From Eukaryota sp. GEM-RC1 (taxonomy: Eukaryota), in assembly GCA_040285855.1 (NCBI GenBank), contig JAUFOQ010000018.1, forward strand, positions 310,001-374,000: a stretch of DNA of 64,000 nt, in the 5' to 3' direction. The notes below the pieces were generated by a model. The model was not told the DNA's origin. It ran no database searches and saw nothing but the letters and a program-made list of their open reading frames with translations. Shown here piece after piece: positions 27,150-38,349 of the stretch; positions within the stretch are counted from its first letter, which is position 1; the number at the start of each line of letters is the position of its first letter. A program made the translations under genes and the position numbers.

Positions 27150-28156
27150 TTGGGTTTATTTCATCTCTACCATCTGCTGTATGTAAGCTGCAAAATAAAT
27201 TGACAAGGAGTTTGAACTCTTGGACTTTAATAATCGTATTAGCTTGGCTAAAACTAATAGTCCCGAGTTCGCTGCTGTTTTAATCGATCTTTGTAATAGT
27301 GGACCTTCTGGATTTATTTCTCAAATTCCAAAGGTGTATGGATTACATCTATCTGATGAAGCTTGGATGATCAATATGCGTCTTCGTTTGGCTATTTGGC
27401 CTGCAAATTTATTAAACTATTCAACGTGCTCTTGTGGAGCTAATGGTGTTTTTCGTCATTTAATTAATTGTCGTTATTTTATTCATCTCCGTGCAGTAAT
27501 TCATGATGGTGTACGTGATTCTTGTTATTCCATGTTTAAAGCACATGGTTTTCACTCTAAAGTTGAACCAGTTTTGAATCATTTTTCAGAAAATGAATTT
27601 ACTGATCAAAAACGAGGGGATCTACATACTCCGTGGCTTAAATCGAGTCAAGCATTAATGGATTTTACTACAGTAGATGTATGTAACAAATCTTGTGTTA
27701 ATAGGATATTAGATTCTTCTTTTAATCCATTAACAGCAGCTGAAAAGCTCAAACACACCAAGTATGACTCTCAAGTAGAAGAATTAAATAGAAACTCATA
27801 TTCCAAATTTGTGTTTCAACCTTTTGCTGTTTCTCTTTTTGGATCTATTAGTCCTGCTGGTGATCAATTTTTCAAGGATTTCGAAGAATTGTGTAAAGAA
27901 AAGAAGCGTAAGTTTAGAATGGCTGAATGGAAAAACCGTATAGTGTTTTCCATATATCGGAATATGCCTTTCTATTTCTCTAGATTAATTGAGAAATTGT
28001 ACAAGTTTGGTGTGAAGGTTCATGTAGATAAACGTAATCTTTTACCGGGTGGTGATGAAGTCGTTCGGATTTAATCTTGGTATTATTTGTTTGTTTTTAC
28101 AATTTCATAGTTTGTAGAAAGGTTACCTTATTGGGTGCCGAATAAACATCTCTCTC
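27150..28156 (+). mobile_element. 5'-truncated CRE retrotransposon (distinct subfamily) with intact RLE domain
   Basis: ORF 27220..28074 has CSCG..HLINC and KRGDL..MDFTTVD..E..K..Y. (TC)n tail. 14-bp TSD TTTTATCTATAAAA at 27136-49 and 28157-70. Confidence 0.9.
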
Positions 28157-28745
28157 TTTTATCTATAAAAATACAGAAAATAGAGTATTTATCGAGACTG
28201 GAAAAATACACAAAATACACAAAATACAAAAAAAATACAGTATTTGTAATTTCTAAGCATGTTTTTGATGCTTAATTTGTCCAATTTATTGCAATATATT
28301 ACTTATATAAGAGCAGAAGAAAGAAAAGATTAAAAAGTGTTCTGATACAATGAAGAACCTGAATTCCAATTTATATTATTTCTTTAAATTCATTCCTTTT
28401 GCTATCAACTCTTGGAAATAATGGAAGTGTTGTTGAAGATTTTTTTTTGACGCCTTTTCAAAAGTGTGTCATAATCAAAGGATTTTTTAAATCAAACTCT
28501 TTGGTGCAATCGCATTGTATTGTCTGTATAAAAATTTTTTCCAAAGTATTTGAATCGTATACTGGACAAATTGTATCGTTGTTCAAGACAGTAGATGTTG
28601 TTGGTCAACGCCTTTGTACAAGCAAAGAGATTTGTTTAGACTGAATTTCTTTCTTACTACAACAATGTAGACCATTTTATCTTTTAAGTACTACATGTAC
28701 CGTAGTAGTACAGTACATTAAACAAACAATTAGTAGGCAAATAAT

Positions 28746-30528
28746 TTATTTACAGTTATTAACAGATAAGATGAGAGACACGGAACATCTGTAAGTACGA
28801 TGATTGTACTTTTCGTTAACAAGTAGTGATTTCATAAGGAAACGATGAGAATACATGCAGTTGAAGAAAGGCAAACAACATCGCTCATGATGAAATGATA
28901 TTTCAAATTCATAATTTTTTAATAATTCCTGAAAATGAATAGACCCCAAATCTACTTCAAAATTCAGAGTTCCGTTTTCAACTGTATAAGATTGATTAAT
29001 CAAAACAAGAGGTTGATTTAACATAAAACGACACTTAACAAAAACAGCTGTGCTATTGAATTGTTTCAACTCAGCTTTAATACTGATAAAACGTTTACGA
29101 TCAGCTAAGTTCTGAAAACCCAACTTAGAAAATTCTTGGACATATTCAATTACAGTGTGAGATGAACATTCATGAATAAAAGGAAGAATCAGGTCATTTA
29201 GCTTGGATTGATTAGGTGAGGCGTCATTAAAGTGAGATTTCTCGATAGAAGTGATTGTTGATTTCCCGATCAGTTGGACTTCTCCAACGATGGCGTGATC
29301 AATGATTATGTTGTCTCCTTTTAAGTTAGTAGGAGACACATCTGGAGATAACGGCGACTTCGCTTCGCTTTCCAATGGTTTCAATTCATTAACAGAAGTT
29401 GATTGAACATTGCTACGTGTAGGTGAATCAGTAATAGAGGCTGAACCAAAACCATTCCCAAGTAGACAACATCCAACAGAAACGTCAGTAAAAGGATTAA
29501 GAATTCTCTTGACTTTTTGACTGAATATTTGATTGATTAGTTGTTCAATCAAAGGACAATTAGAAAATCCTCCAACGACCACAATTGAATTTATAGAATA
29601 TTTCAAATAATTTGAAAACCGATCTGTAAGTAAGTTTAGCTTCTCAGACAATATTGTGGTTAACTCATCAACTGAAATTTTAAAATGTATAGATTCTTCA
29701 GTTTCAGAACCAAAAGGAATATCGAAAGACAAAGATTCCACACCAAAAAAGTTTCTTAAATTTTGAATATTTTCAAGAATTTCTATTAGATCACAAGTTG
29801 AAAAGTTGAAACGCGGTTTTTGAGCTACAAAATAATTTAAAATAACATCGTCAAAATCCCGAGCACCCATCGCCATTTCCTCATCAAAAAGAATTGAAAT
29901 AGATCCATTTTTGATTGAAAAAGCAGTGAATTTAGTTGTAGAATATCCAAAATCAAAAACACCAATATTGTCATTTAATTGAGGATGTTTAAATAGAAGT
30001 GAAGCAGCAATACATTTAGATGATGGAAACACACCTCCTAAATTAAGACCAGCTTCACTTGCTGCATTAGTAAGAGCAGAGTGGTGGTCGTTGAAGAGAG
30101 GAGAATATGAAAAGAAGACTTTGGAAGAGTCAACATTTGGGATGAAGGGTTTCAAGTACTTGAAGATCTCAACAAGGATATCGTGTAAAGAGAAGTTGGT
30201 GTTGTCAAGAGTGAAAGTATTGGAGTCCTTCTGATGTCCAGAGAGAAGGTATTGAGAGAGAGGAACGTTGGATCGTGAAAGAATAACTTGAGGACCAAGA
30301 AGAGACTTGTGGCTGCGAAGCCTAAGTTTAGAAAGGACACGGCTACCGAATAGGAATTTCTTACCATTGCGCTGTAAAAGGTTTCTAAAGTCAACTAGAA
30401 CTAGACTCATACACAAATGTTCCTTCTCCACGCTCGTTAAGGACGGGATCAACTCTGTCTTGGGGATTAATACCATTGATCTTGATAGAGAATGTTCCAA
30501 AATCAACTCCGATAACATTTTGAGTCAT
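28746..30528 (-). CDS. A2: Hsp110/Grp170-like NBD + C2-like domain (584 aa; intron 30385-30412)
   Basis: Exon 1 MTQNVIGVDFGTFSIK. 28-nt GTATG..TTTAG intron at the same position as in A1 and A3. Confidence 0.8.
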
Positions 30529-30648
30529 GACAAAGAGAAGGTTTGTTCTAAAAACAAATTGTATCAATAATGGTGTGTGGTACTACAAATGTAGTATGCA
30601 ATTGAATTAAAATTCTTCTCATGTTTAACTTTCACTGCAGTGTCTCTA
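30529..30648. promoter_or_regulatory. Putative bidirectional promoter (120 bp) between A2 and B1
   Basis: Only sequence between two divergent ATGs. Contains AATTAAAATTCT (30605-16), also found upstream of B2. Confidence 0.6.
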
Positions 30649-32314
30649 ATGGGTTTTCACATCGGAATAGACCTGGGCACTACGAATTGTTGTATGGCTG
30701 TATATCGACCTAAGAAGGATCCTCGAGGGCAGAAGCAACCTGAATTGATGGAGCTCCTGCTCAATCAAGGCAAAGACACAACTCCAAGTATAATAACTTC
30801 TCGCAATGGTAACACACTTGTAGGAACTACTGCTCAAAGGCGTTCTTTGAGATCCCCTGAATCCACGATCTTTGAAGCTAAACGATTTATTGGAAGAAAG
30901 TTCTCAGACCCAGACATTCAGAAGAATTTGAGACATAATGAAGGAAAACCATCACATTGGCCCTTTAAAGTTGAAAGTGATGGAACTTCAGATGACAGAC
31001 CCCGCTTGATTCTTTCAGATGGCGGCACGGAACTGAACTTCAGTCCTGAACAAGTATCTGCCTTTATTCTAACTCATCTTAAAGAAGTAGCTGAAGAATC
31101 CTTGGGAGACAAAGTTGATGCAGTAACAGTAACTTGTCCTGCTTACTTTAATGATGGACAAAGACAAGCAACTAAAGATGCTGCAGAAATGGCCGGTTTT
31201 GACACTGTCAGAATTCTCAATGAACCCACCGCTGCTGCTTTAGCTTTCAAACAGGAAGACGACAGAGCTATTGGTAAAACTGCTTTAGTTTTTGACTTTG
31301 GTGGAGGAACTCTTGATGTATCTATTGTTGAGATAACTGATGAAGATGTCACTGTGCTAGCTACTGGAGGTATGTTGTTTACTTTTAATTCTTACCATAG
31401 GAGATACTTTTCTTGGAGGTGCTGATATTGATACGATACTGGTTGACTATTGTATTAACGAATTTCGTGAACAAACAGGTTGTTCAGAAGATATCTCAGA
31501 CAGAAACATGGCAGAATTAAGAAAAGCTGTTGAAGATACTAAGATCACTCTTTCTTCTGCAGAAGAAGAAGACGTAGCAGTTGCACATTTTGCTGGACAG
31601 TATCTTGATGTCACAATTACTAGAGAAGATCTTGAACGAGAATGTCACGATTTCTTCCTTCGGTGTATTGGTGTAGTGGACGCTATACTTAGCCAAAGTT
31701 CAATATCACGTGATCAAATTGATCTAGTGTTTATGACTGGAGGTTCTAGTAGGATTCCTAAACTAGTGGAACTGATGGAAGAACGCTTTCCAAACAAACT
31801 TCGTCGGACAGTACAAGCTGATCATGCGATAGCAATGGGTGCTTCTGTTGCTCATCTCCACGTACTGAATGATGTGATACCTCATGATTTAGGAGTAGCT
31901 GTGCTATCTACCTCGCAGAAAGGGAAAATGGATATGGAGGTCATCATACCACGATTTTCTCGAATTCCGATCACTGTTACAGCCGAATGCTTCTCAACTT
32001 CATACGATTATCAGGGCTCTGTTTCTGGAGAGATTTTGGAAGGCGATTCAAGTAATGCTTCTGAAAACATGGTTCTAGGTGAATTTCATCTTACCAATTT
32101 ACCTCTTCTGCCAATGAATGAAATCAAAATCGAGGTGGAGATGTCTGTATCTTCTGATGGAATTCTGGAAGTCAAAGCTTTTGAACAAAGTCAACCTAGC
32201 AATCCTGTAGAAATCACAGTCGAGTCTCTAAAGGGGTGTTTAACACGTGAGGAAAAGGAAATTCAACGAATTGAAGTCAATCATATGATGAGAACCACAG
32301 TTGTAAATACCTAA
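30649..32314 (+). CDS. HSP70: B1: divergent lid-less Hsp70 (544 aa; intron 31370-31400)
   Basis: GIDLGTT, EAKRFIG, CPAYFND, NEPTAAA, DFGGGTLD. Splicing the 31-nt intron restores ATGGDTFLGGADID. GGSSRIP follows, then SBD-beta and a stop. Confidence 0.9.
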
Positions 32315-33040
32315 ATTCTGTGATGCCTAAGTTAGGGTTTGGGAACAATATATATTTTACAGTCACTGCTTTTCGTTGTCACCATAGTTCGTTTATTTAT
32401 TGTTCGAGTACCACTATACAATACAATACTAGTAAGCATGCTTCACTAAAGTAGTCCAAAATTCAAAATTAAAGTATAGAAAAGTAATCTATACTTTACT
32501 TTAAGCTTTACTTTACTTCAGCTAAAAAGTTACTTTAATGTCAATAAAGTTTGACATGATCTCAATCCTCTTTTCACAACTTTATCTCTTAAGTTTTCAT
32601 ATTCAGTTTCCGTTTCCCATATACACATGACTTTACTCAACTCCGTGCAACGGATACCAGTAGGTAATGGGTCGAGAGTTATCCAAAACTGAAGAGACAT
32701 AACGAATGGTGTATCGGAGATGAACTGGTTTCTGTTATTAAAGGGGACAATCTCCTAATTGATTGATGTATTGAAGTGACTGAAGTTACCTAATGTTTGA
32801 ATAATGGATCTTATATTGGATGAAATACGGTGTTTTTCCTAAATATTGTAATACATTATTATCAACTTTATTTTGCCCAATAAACAGTATTTGTGATCAT
32901 AATTTGTGATTGTGATCACATGTGATCGTGTGATGTGGTTGTGATTGTGATCACACTGGCAAAGTGAGTGTGATCAACAAGTATGGTTCGAACAACTGAT
33001 TTTATGAAGAATTCCATGAGCATCTACTGAAGTAGATGCA

Positions 33041-34697
33041 CTATATCCGTTTTAACATGCGGCTGATTTCCACTCTTTGAGTCACTTTGTCTTCAAAGGA
33101 CAGACGTCCCTTATAGGAATTGATAGATACGGATTTGGTGTTATTTGAAGAACCGCAATCAGTAGCAGTAACTTTCAGAATCCCGTCGGAGTCTATGGTA
33201 AAAGTGACATCAGCTTTTGCCTGTCCAGCGGGTAAACTAGGTAGATTAGACAAAACAAAAGAGCCAAGGGAATGATTCTTTGCTGGATCAGTAGATTCTC
33301 CTTCATACACTCGTATAGACATAGAAGTTTGATTGTCGTACAGAGTTGAGTAGCGACTTTTAGTTTTTGATACTGGAACATGAGTGAATTGTGGGATTAT
33401 AATGGACATTTCCCTAGAGTCGACGTCACTGTTTCGGCATACGGAAATACCTAAATCATGAGGAACAACATCGTGTAAGACATGTAGATGAGCAACAGCT
33501 GCACCCATTGCTATCGCGTGATCAGCTTGTACCGTAGAACGAAGTTTGTTGGGAAAACGTTTTTCCATCAGCTCCACTAGTTTAGGAATCCTACTAGAAC
33601 CTCCAACCATTAGCACTAGATCAATTTGATCAAAACGGATTGAACTTACGCGAAGTATAGAATCTACAACACGAATACATCGAAGGAAGAAGTCTTTGCA
33701 TTCTCGTTCAAGATCTTCTCTAGTAAGTGTGACATCAAGATGGTTTCTTCCAACAAAGTTTGTAACCACCACATCTTCTTCTTCAGCAGAAGAAAGAGTT
33801 ATCTTCGCGTCTTCAACAGCTTTTCTTAACTCTGCCATGTTCCGATTAGATATTGTGCCTGAACAACCTGTTTCTTCACGAAATTCCTTCACACAAAAGT
33901 CAACCAGTATCGTATCAATATCAGCACCTCCAAGGAAAGTATCTCCTATGGTAAGAATTCAAAGTAAACAACATACCTCCAGTAGCTAGTACAGTAACAT
34001 CTTCTTCAGTTATCTTGACAATGGATACGTCAAGAGTTCCTCCACCAAAGTCAAAAACTAAAGCAGTTTTACCAATAGCTCTGTTGTCTTCTTGTTTGAA
34101 AGCTAAAGCAGCAGCGGTGGGTTCATTCAGAATTCTGACAGTGTCAAAACCGGCCATTTCTGCTGCATCTTTAGTTGCTTGTCTTTGTCCGTCATTAAAG
34201 TAAGCAGGACAAGTTACAGTTACAGCATCAATTTGTCCTCCCAGAGATTCTTCAGCTACTTCTTTAAGATGAGTTAGAATAAAGGCAGATACTTGTTCAG
34301 GACTAAATTTCAGTTCCGTGCCGCCATCTGAAAGAATCAAAAGAGGTTTGTCGTCTGAAGTTCCATCACTTTCAACTTTAAAGGGCCAATGTGATGGTTT
34401 TCCTTCATCATGTCTCAAGTTCTTCTGAATGTCTGGATCTGAGAACTTTCTTCCAATAAATCGTTTAGCTTCGAAGATCGTGGATTGAGGATTCAGTACA
34501 GTACGTCGTTTCGCAGCTTCTCCGACTTCAATCTTTCCTTTGCGACAAGCTATTACACTTGGAGTGGTGTTTTTGCCTCGATTCACTAGAATTTCATTCA
34601 TTGCTGGCTTAGCTCGGCCTTGAGGATCTTTTGTGGATCGATAGATAGCCATACAGCAATTGGTAGTACCCAAGTCAATGCCAATGTGATTGCTCAT
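33041..34697 (-). CDS. HSP70: B2: divergent lid-less Hsp70 (541 aa; intron 33946-33976)
   Basis: Same motifs and intron as B1. SBD contains STLYDNQTS..VYEGE..N..LGSF..P.G. Ends KGRLS...KRI. Confidence 0.9.
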
Positions 34698-34751
34698 AAA
34701 AGACGAGAAATGTAGGAGAATTTTAATTGAAAAATCCACTACTGTCTTCAA
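34698..34751. promoter_or_regulatory. Putative bidirectional promoter (54 bp) between B2 and A3
   Basis: Only 54 bp separate the divergent ATGs. AATTAAAATTCT on the minus strand at 34717-28. Confidence 0.6.
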
Positions 34752-36686
34752 ATGCACCAGACCATATTCGGAATTGATTTCGGGTCAAACTCTGTCAAAA
34801 TCCACACAGCTAATGACAGAAGACTGGATCCTGTGATGAATGAGCGAGGAGAAGCTTCCTTTGTGTATGATAGCAGTTCTAGTTGACTTTAGAAACCTTT
34901 TACAGCGCAATGGTAAGAAATTCCTATTCGGTAGCCGTGTCCTTTCTAAACTTAGGCTTCGCAGCCACAAGTCTCTTCTTGGTCCTCAAGTTATTCTTTC
35001 ACGATCCAACGTTCCTCTCTCTCAATACCTTCTCTCTGGACATCAGAAGGACTCCAATACTTTCACTCTTGACAACACCAACTTCTCTTTACACGATATC
35101 CTTGTTGAGATCTTCAAGTACTTGAAACCCTTTATCCCAAATGTTGACTCTTCCAAAGTCTTCTTCTCTTATTCTCCTCTCTTCAACGACCACCACTCTG
35201 TTCTTACTAATGCAGCAAGTGAAGCTGGTCTTAATTTAGGAGGTGTGTTTCCATCATCTAAATGTATTGCTGCTTCACTTCTATTTAAACATCCTGAATT
35301 AAATGAAAATATTGGTGTTTTTGATTTTGGTTATTCTACAACTAAATTCACTGCTTTTTCAATCAAAAATGGATCTATTTCAATTCTTTTTGATGAAGAA
35401 ATGGCGATGGGTGCTCGGGATTTTGATGAAGAAATTTTAAATTATTTTGTAGCTCAGAAACCGCGTTTCAACTTTTCAACTTGTGATCTAATAGAAATTC
35501 TTGAAAATATTCAAAATTTAAGAAACTTTTTTGGTGTGGAATCTTTGTCTTTCGATATTCCTTTTGGTTCTGAAACTGAAGAATCTATACATTTTAAAAT
35601 TTCAGTTGATGAGTTAACCACAATATTGTCTGAGAAGCTAAACTTACTTACAGATCGGTTTTCAAATTATTTGAAATATTCTATAAATTCAATTGTGGTC
35701 GTTGGAGGATTTTCTAATTGTCCTTTGATTGAACAACTAATCAATCAAATATTCAGTCAAAAAGTCAAGAGAATTCTTAATCCTTTTACTGACGTTTCTG
35801 TTGGATGTTGTCTACTTGGGAGTGGTTTCAAAATTGATGTTGTGAGTGTTAACCAAAATACTGATGTTAGCAGTGTTAACACCTCGTTGCCCACACTTAA
35901 AAGTAATTCTACACCAACTACATTATTTCGATCCAAACGCTTTCCACGTAGTTTTGTTACTGATAACAAGACTTCTCCTGCACCAATGGTCTCTAAGTCT
36001 CAGAATTCGATCAAATGTCCCCCTATTAACGACCCACAACCAAGGGAGAATCCTTCGACTCAGTCTCCTCCTTCAAAATCAAGATCCCCCGTGAGTTATG
36101 GATTTATTGCCACTTCAGGTCATGTTGATATTAAAGATAAGATTCTATGTGAGATTGCGTCGCTATCTTTACTAGAAAATTGTCATAAATATCCTGCTCA
36201 GATGTTTAGTTTTCTGCTCAGAGTCCAAACTTCTGTTATACAGTCATTGTCTTCAATGTCTAGGCTTTCTAAATGGTTAATCGAAAAGAATTTTTTAATC
36301 CTCAAATAAGTCCCAATGTAATTAAAATTAACTTTACTTACAAGAATAGTACTTCTTTAGTTTCTTCTTTAGCAGTCAAGGATAACACTAAGATACTTAT
36401 TGGTTGGGAGACCAATCCACCTAATGGTTTTGAATGTTTAATCAATCGTGATCATGTAAATAAGCTGATTAACTCAACAAAACCATTCATCTGGGTTGAC
36501 TTTAAGCCTAAATCTGGGGGACGTAGCTCAAAAAAACGAACTGAAATCTGCTTAAAACCACTTTTTGATTCCGTATCATTTGAGCATTCGGCTTTTAATG
36601 TTAATTTTGCAATCACTACTCGTTATCCTTTGTTGACTCCTTCTAGTTTGATTTATTGCTTGGATTCTATTTATAATAATGTTTAA
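34752..36686 (+). CDS. A3: Hsp110/Grp170-like NBD + S/P/T linker + CC2D1-like C2 domain (intron 34865-34892; -1 frame break at T6 36291-96)
   Basis: Exon 1 MHQTIFGIDFGSNSVK. ORFs 34840..36309 and 36273..36686 overlap and join as IEKNFFNPQISPN. Confidence 0.75.
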
Positions 36687-37194
36687 CTTGTGGATCTTGT
36701 TTTACATGTTTTGCAAAAATACTAATTGGTTGAAATAATTATATTGAAATAATTTGGTTTGTATTAATACCCAAAATTTTGTTCGTTTAAATAAGTGTTC
36801 AAAATTTGGTTGTCCCCAATAACAGCTTCGTTTTGTTTTCCAACAGAACTTGAATTTTTTTGATTGTACAGTCTTTAATTCTTCAACAACGGTTGTTGTT
36901 GAAATCATCGAGTGGGTTTAGATTGAGAGTGACTAGCTGCTGTATTAATTTGTATCGCATCTTTATTTGCAAACCATTTTTCTGACATTGTGGTTCATGT
37001 GTTTTTTCAGTGTTTTTTTCAATGTTTTATGATTACTCAAATCACTCCAGTTTACAGAAAGACTGTTTCTTGATGATAACTCTTGGTCAAGAAAAGTACA
37101 AAATTGAAGAAAAATACACCTGTTTTTGCGTTCAATTATTTAGACGAAAATTATTCAGTAATAAAAAATTGGGTCGATATCAGATAGTGAATTA

Positions 37195-38230
37195 ATAGCC
37201 AAGATGAATTCTCACCGATACAATACTTTTGCTGTTTCTCTATACGGACAAGAATTTCTCAGTTAAACAGTAAGGAAAGAACTTCAATGAAAGTTGTTGG
37301 AGATGAATATTGTCGGTTTTCCCTTTTTAAACCGTCTTGTTGAATTGAGACATGGATGTGAGATGATGTAGATGTTTTGGTTACTCCTTTGTTTTTACTG
37401 ATGGTATTCTTGATTTGTAATTGTAAGAAAAATCGCGTTTATACTTGGCCTGATAATCTTCCACATAATTTGAAATGCCAATGTGGGCAATCTGTAACAC
37501 CTACACGTTTATTAAATTGAAACCGTTTTATTTCTTTTTAGAAGTAAGGTTCATGATTCAGTAAGATGTTTAAAAAATAACAGTTTATGGAACAAAAACA
37601 CTAAAATAAACACAAATACTAGAACTCAATATCATTAAAGCAACAATCATTGCCATTAAAACTCACATCAGCATTTTCTTCATAAAAAACACTGAGAGCT
37701 AATAGAGCTTTTGAAATCATGATAAGAATTGTTTTAAATATTGAGATGTTTAAGGCTAATGGTTTTCATGGAGAAATTGAACCTTTGCTTGCTAATCTTT
37801 CTGATCAGCCAAAAGTTGATAGAAATCGTGGTGATTTGATTGGTCCTTGGTAATCTTGTCAGGAAATTATCATGGATTTCACAACTGTTGATCCCTGTAA
37901 TTCAAGATCAATTTCCAAAAATTTTGATGATGATTTTTCTGCTCTTGAAGTGACTGAAAAGGAAAAATACAAAGTACTGCCACTTAATTAACCAATTGAA
38001 TGTTGATAGCTACAATTCATTTGTAACAGTAATATTGGACCAGCTGCACAAGGTTTTTTAACTTCCTTTGGTAAATTTTGTTCTGAGTATGGTAAAGTTT
38101 TCAATGAAATTTTTGGTTGAGTAGGTTAACGTTTGCGTTGTTTCGTTCGATATCCAGATATTTTAATTCAATTTTAGGTAAGTTCTTCGGTGATGGACAG
38201 AAGGATCATACTTTAGATACTTTAGTTTGT
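37195..38230. mobile_element. Patchwork of decayed CRE fragments from several subfamilies, both orientations
   Basis: 37195-37440 resembles 5114-5435. 37570-37742 matches 23140-23305. 37745-38200 encodes RGDLIGPW..MDFTTVDPC. Confidence 0.75.
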
Positions 38231-38349
38231 GTCTGTCATTTTTTTTAACTTATTATTAACTGCATTTATTTCACTGACTGATCATAAAACCCGTTTTTTA
38301 TTATCTGAGAAAAATGCACTAATATTTAATTGTTTCTTTTTTTACTGCT

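Noticed and set aside
26430..28261. AAATAC-repeat element enclosing the CRE at 27150
   Set aside because: Probably a DNA transposon remnant, but matching TIRs and a TSD could not be identified.
32325..32345. TTAGGGTTTGGG after the B1 stop codon
   Set aside because: Only one perfect telomeric unit, compatible with chance.
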